A stretch of 64,000 bases of DNA, taken from the sequence record MW749003.1. One strand, given 5' to 3'. The position numbers and the translations under genes are program-made. Under the pieces are notes generated by a model. It saw nothing but the letters and a program-made list of their open reading frames with translations, was not told where the DNA came from and made no database searches. Below, piece by piece: positions 29,867 to 40,331 of the stretch; within the stretch, counting starts at the first letter, position 1, and every line of letters starts with the position of its first letter.

Positions 29867-31195
29867 ATGAGCAATAAAACTTTTGTCTTAGATACATCAG
29901 TACTGTGTCATTACCCTGAATCATTATTTTCTTTTGAGGATAATAAGATTGTAATAACAGAAACAGTTATTGAAGAATTAAGTAAGCGTAGAAAATCAAG
30001 TGATGAATCAGGAAAAAATGCTCGTGATGCTATTAGATATATTAATGAACTGAGTAAGCAAGGCAATATTACTGAAGGTATAGATATGGATAATGAGGGT
30101 ATTATTGTCATTGAAACTAATTATGCTGATATTGAAATGCCAAATGGCTGGAATAAAAATGATAATGATAATAAAATGCTTCAAGTCTGTCAATATTTAA
30201 TAAATCAAGGTGAAGATGTACATTTTGTAACAAAAAGTCCTTTAAGAAGTCTTAAGGCAACTATTCTTGAAATTCAAAATGAAGATTTTATTACTGATAG
30301 AGTCGAAGATGAATATTCAGGTAGACGAGATATCTTATTAACAGAAGATGATCTAAATTTATTCTTCTCTGAAGGCACTATCGATACATTAACAACTGAA
30401 ATGTATGATATAGACGGTAATATTATTGATCCTAGTATCTTAACAAAGAATGAATATATTACTATAATGTCGAATACAGATTTAAATCAAACAGGTTTAG
30501 GTTACTATACAAATGGTTATATTAAAAAGTTAATTTTTGGGGAATATAACCCTTATCAAGTACAACCTAAAAATGCGGCTCAAAGATTTGCTATTGATGC
30601 ATTAATGCAAACTCCAAAAGAAACACCATTGGTAATACTAAAAGGTCCAGCAGGAACAGCTAAAACTTTTCTATCAATTGCTTCAGCACTAGATACAGTA
30701 GTTGATAGACAAGAATATAGACGGATTTTAGTTTGTAGACCAAATGTTTTAATGGAAGAAACACTTGGATTCCTTCCGGGAGATGAAAATGAAAAAATAG
30801 CACCATTAATGCGCCCTATTATGGATAATTTAGAAGTATTAATTGATGAACAATCAGTAATAAATAATCTATTTGAAACAGAAACTATCGTTACCCAAGC
30901 AGTTGGATACTTACGAGGAAGATCTATTCCTAATACTTTTATTATTATAGATGAAGCACAAAATGTTACACCTAAAGCAATGAAAGGTATTCTTTCTCGT
31001 GTTGGTTATGGTACAAAAATTGTTATTTGTGGAGATACTGATCAGATTGATCATCCTTATTTAACTAAAACTGTTAATGGTTTAGCATATGCTTCTGATA
31101 AAATGAAAGGTAGTTCACTTTGTAGACAAATCACTTTTAAAACTGAAGAAAATCAAAGATCTCCTTTAGCTCAAGAAGTAACAGAACGATTATAA
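29867..31195 (+). CDS. phoH: PIN-PhoH (PhoH2/YlaK-like) ATPase
   Basis: N-terminal PIN FVLDTSVL...NDNKML; GPAGTAKT Walker A; RGRS; IIDEAQN; GDTDQID. Confidence 0.92.
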   Translation: MSNKTFVLDTSVLCHYPESLFSFEDNKIVITETVIEELSKRRKSSDESGKNARDAIRYINELSKQGNITEGIDMDNEGIIVIETNYADIEMPNGWNKNDNDNKMLQVCQYLINQGEDVHFVTKSPLRSLKATILEIQNEDFITDRVEDEYSGRRDILLTEDDLNLFFSEGTIDTLTTEMYDIDGNIIDPSILTKNEYITIMSNTDLNQTGLGYYTNGYIKKLIFGEYNPYQVQPKNAAQRFAIDALMQTPKETPLVILKGPAGTAKTFLSIASALDTVVDRQEYRRILVCRPNVLMEETLGFLPGDENEKIAPLMRPIMDNLEVLIDEQSVINNLFETETIVTQAVGYLRGRSIPNTFIIIDEAQNVTPKAMKGILSRVGYGTKIVICGDTDQIDHPYLTKTVNGLAYASDKMKGSSLCRQITFKTEENQRSPLAQEVTERL

Positions 31196-31312
31196 GAAAA
31201 ACAAGGATTTGGTGGTTAATTATACCGCTGAATCCTTGTTTTTCCTATTTTTTAACAAAACAATGCATTATAGGAATCTACAAATAGAATGTTGATATAA
31301 GGGGGATTAAAC

Positions 31313-31747
31313 TTGAGCAGAGAGAAAATTTTAAAGGAGACATTGCTTCTTAATTCATTATTAGAAGCAAAAGTAATATCAAGGGAAAATGTTTTATTAA
31401 AAATCGAAAAAATGGTAAATAGTATGAACCCGCCACCTAAAAAGGTTATTTTTAGAGCAGTAAAAGATAAACAAGATAATTTAATAGATATAGAAGTTGT
31501 TGAACCGCAAAGATATGGAAAAGAGAAAACACTAATGAGCATTCAAAATGTTTTTACAACTGATTCAATTGAAAATACTCTAAGTGATATTGAGGCATCT
31601 TTTAAACTTGCAAATGAGTTTAAACCTATATTTAAAAAGGCAACTTTAAGAAAAAAGAAAAATAATACTGAATTCTATTTTTCATTCCATGATAACAGAC
31701 GTGTTTACAATCTTGAGACAGAAAAGTGGGAGAAAATGATAATGTAA
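31313..31747 (+). CDS. Hypothetical protein
   Basis: 144 aa, TTG start after GGGGG SD. Confidence 0.6.
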   Translation: MSREKILKETLLLNSLLEAKVISRENVLLKIEKMVNSMNPPPKKVIFRAVKDKQDNLIDIEVVEPQRYGKEKTLMSIQNVFTTDSIENTLSDIEASFKLANEFKPIFKKATLRKKKNNTEFYFSFHDNRRVYNLETEKWEKMIM

Positions 31748-31750
31748 ATG

Positions 31751-31790
31751 AAATAACAGTTAAGTGATTTTAAACACTTAACTGTTATTT
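31751..31790. terminator. Bidirectional terminator
   Basis: AAATAACAGTTAAGTG/CACTTAACTGTTATTT between convergent genes. Confidence 0.65.
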
Positions 31791-31795
31791 ATTAA

Positions 31796-32218
31796 TTATT
31801 TCATTTTACCTTTCATATTTAGGAGTGGTTTAAAATTAACTTTAACTGTTTTAATTTTACCATCTTTAGATCTATACAAAGCGTATACAGTTCTCATAGA
31901 ACCTTTAGCTGTTGGACCTTCTTCTGTAATAACTACTTGACCATTAAAGGTTTTGAAGTTTTGAGTAGAGATCTTGGTGAGATTTCCTATAGAAAATGTA
32001 CTTTTCATACTACTTGAAAATACTGCTTTTAGTTCTTCTGAGTCTTTTAATTCATTAACACTTTTTACTGGTGTTAATCCTTTCTTTTGAGCCTTAGCAT
32101 TTGTTTCTTTAAGAGCAATTTCAATAGCTTTTTTAAGATCAGGCGCTCCTTTACTTACACGAATTGCTTCATTAAACATAAATGAAGACTCAGCTAATTT
32201 TAACTGTTTTTCATTCAT
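31796..32218 (-). CDS. Basic late protein, possibly internal head protein
   Basis: SD GGAGG; late promoter 32242-32253; N-terminal LAE/FNE motifs. Confidence 0.6.
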   Translation of the reverse strand: MNEKQLKLAESSFMFNEAIRVSKGAPDLKKAIEIALKETNAKAQKKGLTPVKSVNELKDSEELKAVFSSSMKSTFSIGNLTKISTQNFKTFNGQVVITEEGPTAKGSMRTVYALYRSKDGKIKTVKVNFKPLLNMKGKMK

Positions 32219-32241
32219 ATGAAAACCTCCAATATTTGATA

Positions 32242-32278
32242 TAATATATTGTTTATTGAAGAAGACAACAATTAATTA
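32242..32278. promoter_or_regulatory. Back-to-back late promoters (32242-32253 minus; 32267-32278 plus)
   Basis: AACA-ATATAT-TA (minus) and AACA-ATTAAT-TA (plus). Confidence 0.65.
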
Positions 32279-32304
32279 TAAACTGGATAAGTAGGAGGAT
32301 TATT

Positions 32305-35300
32305 ATGTCATTTTTTAAAGGTATTCGGAACATAGAAAGAGTTCAATATGATCTAGTGCAATATTGTGACAAGGAATTTGTTCCAAAATTTATAGCAAGT
32401 CAAAATATTGATGAAGATAAATTATACGATACTATTGATTTTAGTTTACAGTTAGCTGAAAAATTACATTTAGATTATAATATGTGTTTCACTATTGCAG
32501 TAATGCATGATTTTGGTTATATTGAGGAAGATGAAAATAATTTTAATACATTAATGAGCATAAAAGCAGATCAATTTTTATTGAGATATTTTGATGGAAG
32601 TCAAATGGAAATTATTGAGTCTGCTTGTAAAGAACACGATGGTACAAGTAGAGAAACAGGAATATTTACATCTTTATATTCAAAGGTTATTGCAGATGCA
32701 GATAGGATGTCAATATTAAGAATTGAAGCTATGATTCGTCATTATTGGAAATTCTATTCTAGTCAAAAGGCATTTTCTAATACAGATGAGCGTCCTAATA
32801 AACTAACAGATAAAGAAATTTTTGATAAGATGTATAGTTTTCTTAAAAAAGAGTATGGTACAATTGTATCAAAAAATAAATTATTGTTAGAAGCATCAAG
32901 AGAAATGATGAAAGATGAAATAGAGAATTCTAATAAAGTATTAAGCTCTGAAGAAGACACAAAAAGAATGGTTCTACATTTAGCTACTTATGGGGAAATC
33001 CAAATAAATAATGATGGAACGCTTACCGTAGAAAAAATAACTAAAGAGCCAATCAGTGAATCAGATCCTTTTGAATTATTTGAAAAAAATATAAAAGAAT
33101 CAGTAGATGAACAACTACTAGAAGCCGCACCAAAGAATCTATCAAAGAGACAAAAGGTAGAAGATTTAATATATAAGGTACTTTCAGTTTTAGATGATAC
33201 TGGAGCTAACTTGAGAAAATATAAAGAGTTCTTTGGTAAAATGAACGATGAACAATTTGATAGATATATGAAAAAATTCCTAAAAGATGAAGATGAAAAT
33301 TTTTATCTTGAAATTTTACCTAATAAAAGTGAACCTTCATTAAAGCAAATTAAAAAAGCACTAGATATCTTAAAAGTACCAACTGATGAATATGTATATC
33401 TTCGACATGATGGTCATAAAAATGATCCTATTAGAACTGCATATAAAGTACCTGTTGGTTATATTACAATTAAGCGGGTACAACAGATCCTAAGTAAAAA
33501 GAATACTTATTCTCTTGATATTGCACAAAGAAACATGAAATCGGGTTATAATTGGCTCTCCATTATAGCAATATAATGGCAAACACTCTCCTTAATTTCT
33601 GGGATATCCTAATTTTTAGGACAATCAGAAGCGAATTTGAATAAAAACCTAATATTCAAAACGTTCAACGACTATCCGAAAGCAATCATACGATTGTGAG
33701 TAGCGGTGAAATTCCGCAATAGGAGTACGGCTCAAGCTATTGGAGTGGGTGAGAATCCCTTAAATGGAAACAGGAGGTATCCTTAACGGATAAAGATATA
33801 GTCTCGTCTCTATGGTAACATAGAGCAGTTCATAAGAGAACGCAGTAGATGTAGCGAGTCTACTGGAAGATACGCAAGTTACAGGTAATGACAAAATTGC
33901 CAGAATATCTGATATTGAATCATATAGTCTTGTTGCTATAGGAGCTGATAATGCTTTAAAAGAATTCCTTGGACCACGAGCTAGATTATTGGCTCGTAAT
34001 TTCCTTAATTGCTGGAAACTCCTTAGAGCTTATTAGACCACAACGTGACTGGTAACAGTGAGCGTGAAGGTTATAAGAACTAATAAGATTGGACAATCAG
34101 CAGCTAAGCTTTTATATAATTCTTTAAAAGAGCTGACAATGCTAAAACAAAAATATATTTAAATTTAGTGTTGGAGGTAATTAAATTTTATGCCTAGAAG
34201 AAAAAGCAATGAGGAATTTATGAATGAAGTTATAGAGTTAGTAGGGGAAGAATATACATTTTTAGAGAAGTATGTACGATCACTGACTAAAATAAAGGTA
34301 AAGCATAATATTTGTAATAATATATACATGGTTACTCCTAATGATTTCCTAAATGGTGGAAAAAGATGTCCTAAATGTACTGTTCAAAAAATGGCTGATC
34401 GGTCAAGAATGACAAATGAGGAATTCATTAATAGAGTAAAAAAAGTAACTAAAAATGATTATACCTTTCTAGAAAAATATAATGGTACTAATAACAATTT
34501 AAAAGTAATTCATAATATTTGTGGATATAAATATTGTGTATCACCTAATAATTTCCTAAATGGTGGAAAAAGATGTCCTAAATGTGCTAATAATATTAAA
34601 AGAACAAATAAGGAATTCGTTAATGAAATTAGCAAATTAGTAGGAGAAGAATATACTTTTTTAGATGAGTATATAAATACTGATACGCCTATAAAAATTA
34701 TTCATAATATTTGTGGTCATAAATATAAAACTTCCCCTAAAGAGTTTATTCATAGAAATTCTCGTTGTCCAAAGTGTAATTTTCTTAATAATGAATCTTT
34801 CTTTTCTAAAGTTATAAAAAAGACATTAAATGAATTAAATATTTATTTTATTCAAGAATATTCTATTAGAGAGTTGGGTAAAGGTAAAAAATTTGATTTT
34901 TATATACCTAGTTTAAACCTATTAATAGAGTATGATGGTAGCCAACATTTCTACCAAAAATTTAATGATAAAAATGGTTTCTTGTCACAGATAAAAAGAG
35001 ACCAAGAAAAGAATGATTTTATAAAAAATAGTGAATACACTTTGATTAGAATAAGTTACAAAATCAATAAAAACCTAGACATAATAATTAAAGAATTAAT
35101 AAAAGAAAGTTCAACGACTATCGAAAAATATAATCTATTATTAATTAATAAAAATAATGTAGTAAATTTTAACAAATATTACAAGAATGCTAATATTAAT
35201 TATTTTGATTATATTAAGTAGAGTACCCTACAAGCTATTGGTAGTATACTTCTGGGATGAAGTATAGTATAGAAAATTTTCTATATTGGGAAACAGGAAA

Positions 35301-35614
35301 CTTAGAAGATATAGTCTCAACTTCTATGGAAACATAGAGCAGTTCATTAATACTATTTTAAATAGTATTATGAGAACGCAATGAGTGTAGCGAGCTCATT
35401 GGAAGATAACTTGGATAACTCTGTAGCAAAGACAGATATGTATAAAAATATTAATTTATATGGATATACTTATCTAAAAGATTTAGGTCATGATATTACT
35501 GAAAATCAAACTCTTAATACCATGTATGTATATCTAATGGGTGCTGGATTAGGGAATGATTTATTAAAAGAGGATACTAATTTAGAAGAACTATTAGATA
35601 AAAAAGGAAAGTGA
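32305..35614 (+). CDS. Virion-type RNA polymerase beta C-terminal subunit with N-terminal HD-like domain; exons 32305-33546, 33875-33982, 35414-35614 (516 aa)
   Basis: AVMHDFG...HDG...IADADRM (HD); spliced KVPVGYITIKRVQQ...RNMKSG|QVTGNDKIARISDIESYSLVAIGADNALKEFLGPRA|DNSVAKTDMY parallels RpoB VTVGYMY...QPLGGK...[29 protein letters not shown]. Confidence 0.8.
33547..33874 (+). mobile_element. Group I intron (family B, ORF-less)
   Basis: GGT|...G| boundaries; P4 TTTCTG/CAGAAG; R GTTCAACGACTA and S AAGATATAGTC. Confidence 0.9.
34146..34157 (+). promoter_or_regulatory. Intron-internal late promoter for the homing endonuclease
   Basis: AACA-AAAATA-TA about 33 nt before ATG 34190; SD GGAGG. Confidence 0.55.
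34190..35221 (+). CDS. Intron-encoded homing endonuclease, Zn-repeat plus Vsr-like (EDxHD-type) domain
   Basis: Three EYxFLExY...HNIC...P..F...RCPKC repeats; FDFYIP..NLLIEYDGSQH...RDQEKND. Confidence 0.85.
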   Translation: MPRRKSNEEFMNEVIELVGEEYTFLEKYVRSLTKIKVKHNICNNIYMVTPNDFLNGGKRCPKCTVQKMADRSRMTNEEFINRVKKVTKNDYTFLEKYNGTNNNLKVIHNICGYKYCVSPNNFLNGGKRCPKCANNIKRTNKEFVNEISKLVGEEYTFLDEYINTDTPIKIIHNICGHKYKTSPKEFIHRNSRCPKCNFLNNESFFSKVIKKTLNELNIYFIQEYSIRELGKGKKFDFYIPSLNLLIEYDGSQHFYQKFNDKNGFLSQIKRDQEKNDFIKNSEYTLIRISYKINKNLDIIIKELIKESSTTIEKYNLLLINKNNVVNFNKYYKNANINYFDYIK

Positions 35615-35618
35615 TATT

Positions 35619-36623
35619 ATGGAGAATAAAAGTAAAAACAATCCCCTTGAGATAAAAGGGGATTTTGTTTCATTAGCAGAAAATTTAAAATCATTTTTTT
35701 CTAAAGAATTAAAGGAAAATATTATTATTGATAAAGATAATATGCTATTAGAATATGATTCAAATTTTGAGAAAGAATATTCATTCCCCTCAATCAAAAT
35801 TGTAGAATCCAATAATAAATTAGTTGAAAGTAAATTTAAACAAATAGAATCTAGACTAAAAGAAAATTATCAATTTACTAATTATGATCTAAATATAGAT
35901 GAAGATAAATCAAATAATATAAAGTATATTAGTCACCATTACAATTTAAAGGAAAATAAAAATGTTATCTTATCTATAAACATGATTAAGGATAATACGA
36001 GATATGATAAAATTATTGAGAGTGTTAATATAAGCCTAGTATTTAGTAATCCTGTTATTACTGAAACTACGCATTTGGGAATCACAAAAACTAATATTTT
36101 AGAAGAAGATTTGTTAATGGAATCAGTATTTAAAAGAAATAAATATAATAATGAATTAGAGAATATGGATCGAATAATGCGAATTAATAGTATCTCTACT
36201 GTTAACTTATTAAATGTTTTTGATAGTAAATTGGTTAGCATGTTAGAAAGAAGATTTGGAACTTCTTTAAATGGAAATAAAGAATATTACACTACTTACA
36301 AAAAATCTTATGAAAAGGATCTTTTATTAAGACATTTTGTAGGAGAATATAATAAATTAGTAAACAACAAAGCATTGCCAAAGCATATTAGTTTTGCTTT
36401 CTCAGGACTGTTATATAAGGGACAAATGTACCCATTGTTAATTTCTATTAATAATAATATTAATAGGGTGATTGGAGTTTACTGTTTCTTATTAAGTCCA
36501 GATACTGAAAATGAGGGTGTTTATCAGATAGGAAAAGCTGAATTATACCACTCACCAGTTGATTCACTAGCAAGTGATATATTAAAAGTACGTAAAGTTC
36601 TTAAGTGTTCATATTTTGGATAA
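35619..36623 (+). CDS. Hypothetical late protein
   Basis: 334 aa directly downstream of the RNAP subunit gene. Confidence 0.7.
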   Translation: MENKSKNNPLEIKGDFVSLAENLKSFFSKELKENIIIDKDNMLLEYDSNFEKEYSFPSIKIVESNNKLVESKFKQIESRLKENYQFTNYDLNIDEDKSNNIKYISHHYNLKENKNVILSINMIKDNTRYDKIIESVNISLVFSNPVITETTHLGITKTNILEEDLLMESVFKRNKYNNELENMDRIMRINSISTVNLLNVFDSKLVSMLERRFGTSLNGNKEYYTTYKKSYEKDLLLRHFVGEYNKLVNNKALPKHISFAFSGLLYKGQMYPLLISINNNINRVIGVYCFLLSPDTENEGVYQIGKAELYHSPVDSLASDILKVRKVLKCSYFG

Positions 36624-36678
36624 ATAAATAATGGAATATCATACGGTTTAACAGCCAAATATGATATTCCATTTATTA

Positions 36679-36690
36679 AACAAATAATTA
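36679..36690 (+). promoter_or_regulatory. Late-type promoter
   Basis: AACA-AATAAT-TA. Confidence 0.65.
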
Positions 36691-36733
36691 ATTTCCACTA
36701 AACTATTATTATGAAAGGGGTAGAACATGAGAA

Positions 36734-37684
36734 ATGAAGAACAAGAGAGCAAAAAGAACTCTAAATGTGTTCTCTGTTCTAGTATTTGCATTTTTATTAT
36801 TACTCCTAATGGGAAGTAATTATGTCATCAATCTAGCTAATACTAGTTCTGAGAAAATAAGCTCTGCTATAGAAAATCAGAACCGACAGCATGCTAGGAG
36901 TAATCTCTTATATTTTAATGATAAATTAACAAGGGATTACGAGAACGGTAAATTAGATGTTACCAATCCAAAACAACTAGAGAAATGGGCTACTGATAAT
37001 TTAAGAACAGTAAAATCAGATTCAACATTTAATAATTTTGCTGTAATTGAAGTTGAATATAGCAAAGCAAGTAAAGAGTATATTGGTAATTATATTTGGC
37101 GTGCATCTCCACAAAATATTGATAATGGTCTAGGATATATGACTACCTATGATATCATTATTAATCAAGAGAAAGCCAGAGTCTTCTTTTCCAATAATAA
37201 AGATATTGGTGGGAAATATCCATTTATTTCTTATAATTTAATTAAGAATTCCTATAAAGGAAAGATCAGCGACTTAATTAAAGAAGAAATCATTAGATAT
37301 AAAAATCCAGATGAAGTCCAAGATACCTTAAATGCTATGTATGAAGGATCAGTAAGTGGCAACAATGATAATTACACTTGGAAATATAATAATGGTAAAG
37401 AAAGCTTTATTGAATGGACAACAGTTCCTTTAGAATCTACTATTGGACTGAATGATGAACCAAAAAATAAACGTGGATTAATAAATCCTAATTATAAAAG
37501 AATTATTATAGCATGTTCAGTTGATAAAGATTATGTTAACCAACCATTTAAGAAACAAATAACAGATCTAGAACACTTTAAAGAGTGCGTTTTAATAGGA
37601 GTTAGTTTGTTTGTATTTCTCTCTATTGGTTTAATTCTCTATTTTACTTGGCTGATTTGCTACAATAATAACCACAAAAAATAA
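36734..37684 (+). CDS. Two-TM membrane protein with large extracellular domain
   Basis: N-terminal TM VFSVLVFAFLLLLLMG and C-terminal TM VLIGVSLFVFLSIGLILYFTWLI flanking about 250 aa. Confidence 0.7.
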   Translation: MKNKRAKRTLNVFSVLVFAFLLLLLMGSNYVINLANTSSEKISSAIENQNRQHARSNLLYFNDKLTRDYENGKLDVTNPKQLEKWATDNLRTVKSDSTFNNFAVIEVEYSKASKEYIGNYIWRASPQNIDNGLGYMTTYDIIINQEKARVFFSNNKDIGGKYPFISYNLIKNSYKGKISDLIKEEIIRYKNPDEVQDTLNAMYEGSVSGNNDNYTWKYNNGKESFIEWTTVPLESTIGLNDEPKNKRGLINPNYKRIIIACSVDKDYVNQPFKKQITDLEHFKECVLIGVSLFVFLSIGLILYFTWLICYNNNHKK

Positions 37685-37697
37685 AAGAAAAGGAGCA

Positions 37698-38108
37698 TTG
37701 ATAACCATGCCTAACCATACTGATGACACAATTGTCAGAATCTTATGGGTGGTAGTGATTAGCTTCTTTTCCGCATTCGCCAAGGAACTTAATGATCGTG
37801 CCAAAAACCCTAAAGAAACGTTTCTCTTATTTCTGAGTGAGGTTCTTCTAAACGGTGTTTGTGGTGCGATCACTGGAGTTCTAGCATTTAACCTCACGGA
37901 TAATATCTATACAATATCTGCTATTTCCGCAATCGGAGGATTAATGGGAATGAACCTCATCAAATACATTACTAAGCTTGGCATTGTTTATGTTGCGGCA
38001 TTGAGAAATATAAACGTAGATGATCTTAGTAAAATTAATTTAGATGATGAAAAGCCTAGCGAAGAAGAAAAGAAAGAGAACACTACAGAAGAAAAAAGGG
38101 AATCCTAA
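37698..38108 (+). CDS. Putative holin (LydA-like; probable start ATG 37707)
   Basis: Three hydrophobic segments with small-residue motif SAISAIGGLMG; highly charged C-terminal tail; late operon. Confidence 0.6.
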   Translation: MITMPNHTDDTIVRILWVVVISFFSAFAKELNDRAKNPKETFLLFLSEVLLNGVCGAITGVLAFNLTDNIYTISAISAIGGLMGMNLIKYITKLGIVYVAALRNINVDDLSKINLDDEKPSEEEKKENTTEEKRES

Positions 38109-38299
38109 GATAATTAAAGAAGAATAGTCTAATAACTCACTGTTCTTCTTTGAATTATCATGGCATGAGTTATAATGCTTCTTTTATGTTTTAATTTTAT
38201 TACTTTTGAGTTATTATTTTAATATAAGAATAAAATTATACTGTACAGTATAATTTTTCAATTGCATTTAATTGTCATTACCTTAAATGAAATATAAGA

Positions 38300-38315
38300 A
38301 TATATTATTAATTTG
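38300..38315 (+). promoter_or_regulatory. Early-type promoter
   Basis: ATATATTAT-N6-G. Confidence 0.65.
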
Positions 38316-38340
38316 TATATTTTATTAAGGAGGATATTAA

Positions 38341-39003
38341 ATGTCATATATTGAAATCGATAAAGAATTTTTTATTAATAATATTCAGCCAGAGTTTGAA
38401 ACTGATTCAGAAATTAATATTCAGGGTAGATCTAAACTTAGATATGGTGCATCAATGTTAGAATTAAATCCAAATTCACTAGAATGGGATGACTTAGAAA
38501 AAATATATGACATTGCTCAGAATAAAGGCAATAGGTCTGTTATGATGCAAGTTTCAGCGATCAAGAATTTAATCTCTGACTTTGAAGGAGCTAAGATAGC
38601 TAATTTAAAAGCACTTGCAGTTGCACTACCTTCATACTTTAGTGATAATTTAATTGACGGATGGATTTATTCTTTGGATAGAAAAAATAATCCAGTCACA
38701 GTTGATCCATACTTAATTACAGATATTCGCTACTATCCTCCTAAAAAGGATGATCCAGCGTCTGTTTCTATTAGATTAGTTGCTAATTCACCTCGTCAAA
38801 GTAGCCGCGATAAACGTTATACACGTAGTATCTATTTTGATAGTAGTGATATCAGAGGGAAAACAATTCCTCAAATACTGGCAAAAGAGAATCTGTTTCA
38901 TGAAACAGAGGAACTAAAAAATATCTATCTAGAACAATTAGAATTATTTAATAAATATCAACCTCAAAAAACGAAGCAATGGTTATATAGACATAGCAAC
39001 TAA
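38341..39003 (+). CDS. N-terminal part of a probably frameshift-split AAA+ ATPase gene
   Basis: SD AAGGAGG; the +1 frame opens at 38942 and runs into the AAA module. Confidence 0.55.
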   Translation: MSYIEIDKEFFINNIQPEFETDSEINIQGRSKLRYGASMLELNPNSLEWDDLEKIYDIAQNKGNRSVMMQVSAIKNLISDFEGAKIANLKALAVALPSYFSDNLIDGWIYSLDRKNNPVTVDPYLITDIRYYPPKKDDPASVSIRLVANSPRQSSRDKRYTRSIYFDSSDIRGKTIPQILAKENLFHETEELKNIYLEQLELFNKYQPQKTKQWLYRHSN

Positions 39004-39088
39004 AAATAGATTTATCAATGATGAAGGAATAATTAAACGAGTTTTTAATGAAGAGTATGATCCTTATTACTGGAGAAACGAAGCAGGA

Positions 39089-39916
39089 GTGGACAAAAAA
39101 TTTGATAGAATTCCACAACATTGCTATATTTTTGGTTTTAACTTAGATACACATAAATATACATGGGTACATGCTACTAATATGAAACCATATGAATACG
39201 ACACTGGTCTAAGAGATAAGCTAATACTCCCTCAACGACATAAGGATTTAATTGACATTCTAGTAAGTGATCTTGATATTCTTAAAGAAGATATAATTGA
39301 AGGTAAATCTGGTGGAACTACTATATTAGCTACAGGCAAACCGGGACTTGGTAAGACTCTTTCAGCAGAAATTTATTCTGAAGCAATTGAAAAACCACTA
39401 TATAAAGTTCATTCAGGGCAATTAGGATTGAGCTCAAAAGATGTTCAAGAAAATCTAGAAGTAATATTAAAGAGAGCTTCACGTTGGGGAGCAATTGTAT
39501 TATTAGATGAAGCTGATGTTTTTATTAGAGAAAGAGGAAATGATTTGCAACAAAATGCTGTCGTTGCAAGCTTCTTAAGAACACTGGAATACTTTGATGG
39601 TATTTTATTTATGACAACTAACAGGGAATTTGATGTAGATGATGCTATTAAATCAAGATGTATTGCTGTTATTAGATATGAAACACCTTCTGAAGAAGAT
39701 GCTAAAAAAATATGGAAAGTATTATCTACTCAATTAGAAGTAAACCTTAGTGATGAATTAATTGATCAGTTAGTGCTTAAGTTCCCAGAAGCATCAGGAC
39801 GTGATATTAAAGAACTATTAAAACTTACATCAAGATTTGCCAAAGGAAAAAATGAAGAAATCTCATTAGAACTGTTTAGACAGTGTGCTCAATTTAGAGC
39901 TATTAAAATCAAATAG
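39089..39916 (+). CDS. AAA+ ATPase module (frame open from 38942)
   Basis: GKPGLGKT Walker A, IVLLDEAD Walker B, FMTTNR sensor 1, KSRC Arg finger. Confidence 0.85.
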   Translation: MDKKFDRIPQHCYIFGFNLDTHKYTWVHATNMKPYEYDTGLRDKLILPQRHKDLIDILVSDLDILKEDIIEGKSGGTTILATGKPGLGKTLSAEIYSEAIEKPLYKVHSGQLGLSSKDVQENLEVILKRASRWGAIVLLDEADVFIRERGNDLQQNAVVASFLRTLEYFDGILFMTTNREFDVDDAIKSRCIAVIRYETPSEEDAKKIWKVLSTQLEVNLSDELIDQLVLKFPEASGRDIKELLKLTSRFAKGKNEEISLELFRQCAQFRAIKIK

Positions 39917-39924
39917 AAGGAGTT

Positions 39925-40263
39925 ATGATAATGGGTAATATTCTTACTGAAATAAAAGCATTTGATACTAATTATATACAAAAAGGTGATGCTATTAAAA
40001 TTATTTCACCTGAAATTTTCTCTAAATTAGGTGTTAATAATAGGAATGCGATAATTTCCGAAATTAAAGATAATGGTCAGGAGCTGGTGTGCTTTTTTGT
40101 ATCTGATACGTATGTAAATACTTCTCCTTTTGGTGTTATCTTTAATGGTGATAATTACAAAATTTTATCAATTAGAATAAATGTTAAAGATGTAGTCAAT
40201 AATATGATTATGGTTGAAAAATTAATTCCTGAAGAAGTTTCACAATCAAGTGAGATTTTATAA
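39925..40263 (+). CDS. Hypothetical protein
   Basis: 112 aa, SD AAGGAG. Confidence 0.65.
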   Translation: MIMGNILTEIKAFDTNYIQKGDAIKIISPEIFSKLGVNNRNAIISEIKDNGQELVCFFVSDTYVNTSPFGVIFNGDNYKILSIRINVKDVVNNMIMVEKLIPEEVSQSSEIL

Positions 40264-40331
40264 TATAAATAAAGAATGAAATAGCTAATAATGCTATTTC
40301 ATTCTTTAAATAACTTTAAAGGAGTAACATA

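Larger units (their letters stand above)
33983..35413 (+). mobile_element. Group I intron (family B) with homing endonuclease
   Basis: P1 CGAGCT/GGCTCG with U-G at splice site; AATTGCTGG, AATCAGCAG, GTTCAACGACTA, AAGATATAGTC; ends G. Confidence 0.92.

Noticed and set aside
32241-32249. ATATATTAT on the minus strand as an early promoter
   Set aside because: Lacks the otherwise invariant G seven nt downstream and is part of an AACA-N6-TA late promoter
24471-39916. MoxR-vWA chaperone pair (vWA gene plus AAA gene)
   Set aside because: 12 kb apart with different promoter classes, and the AAA protein shows classical-clade rather than MoxR motifs
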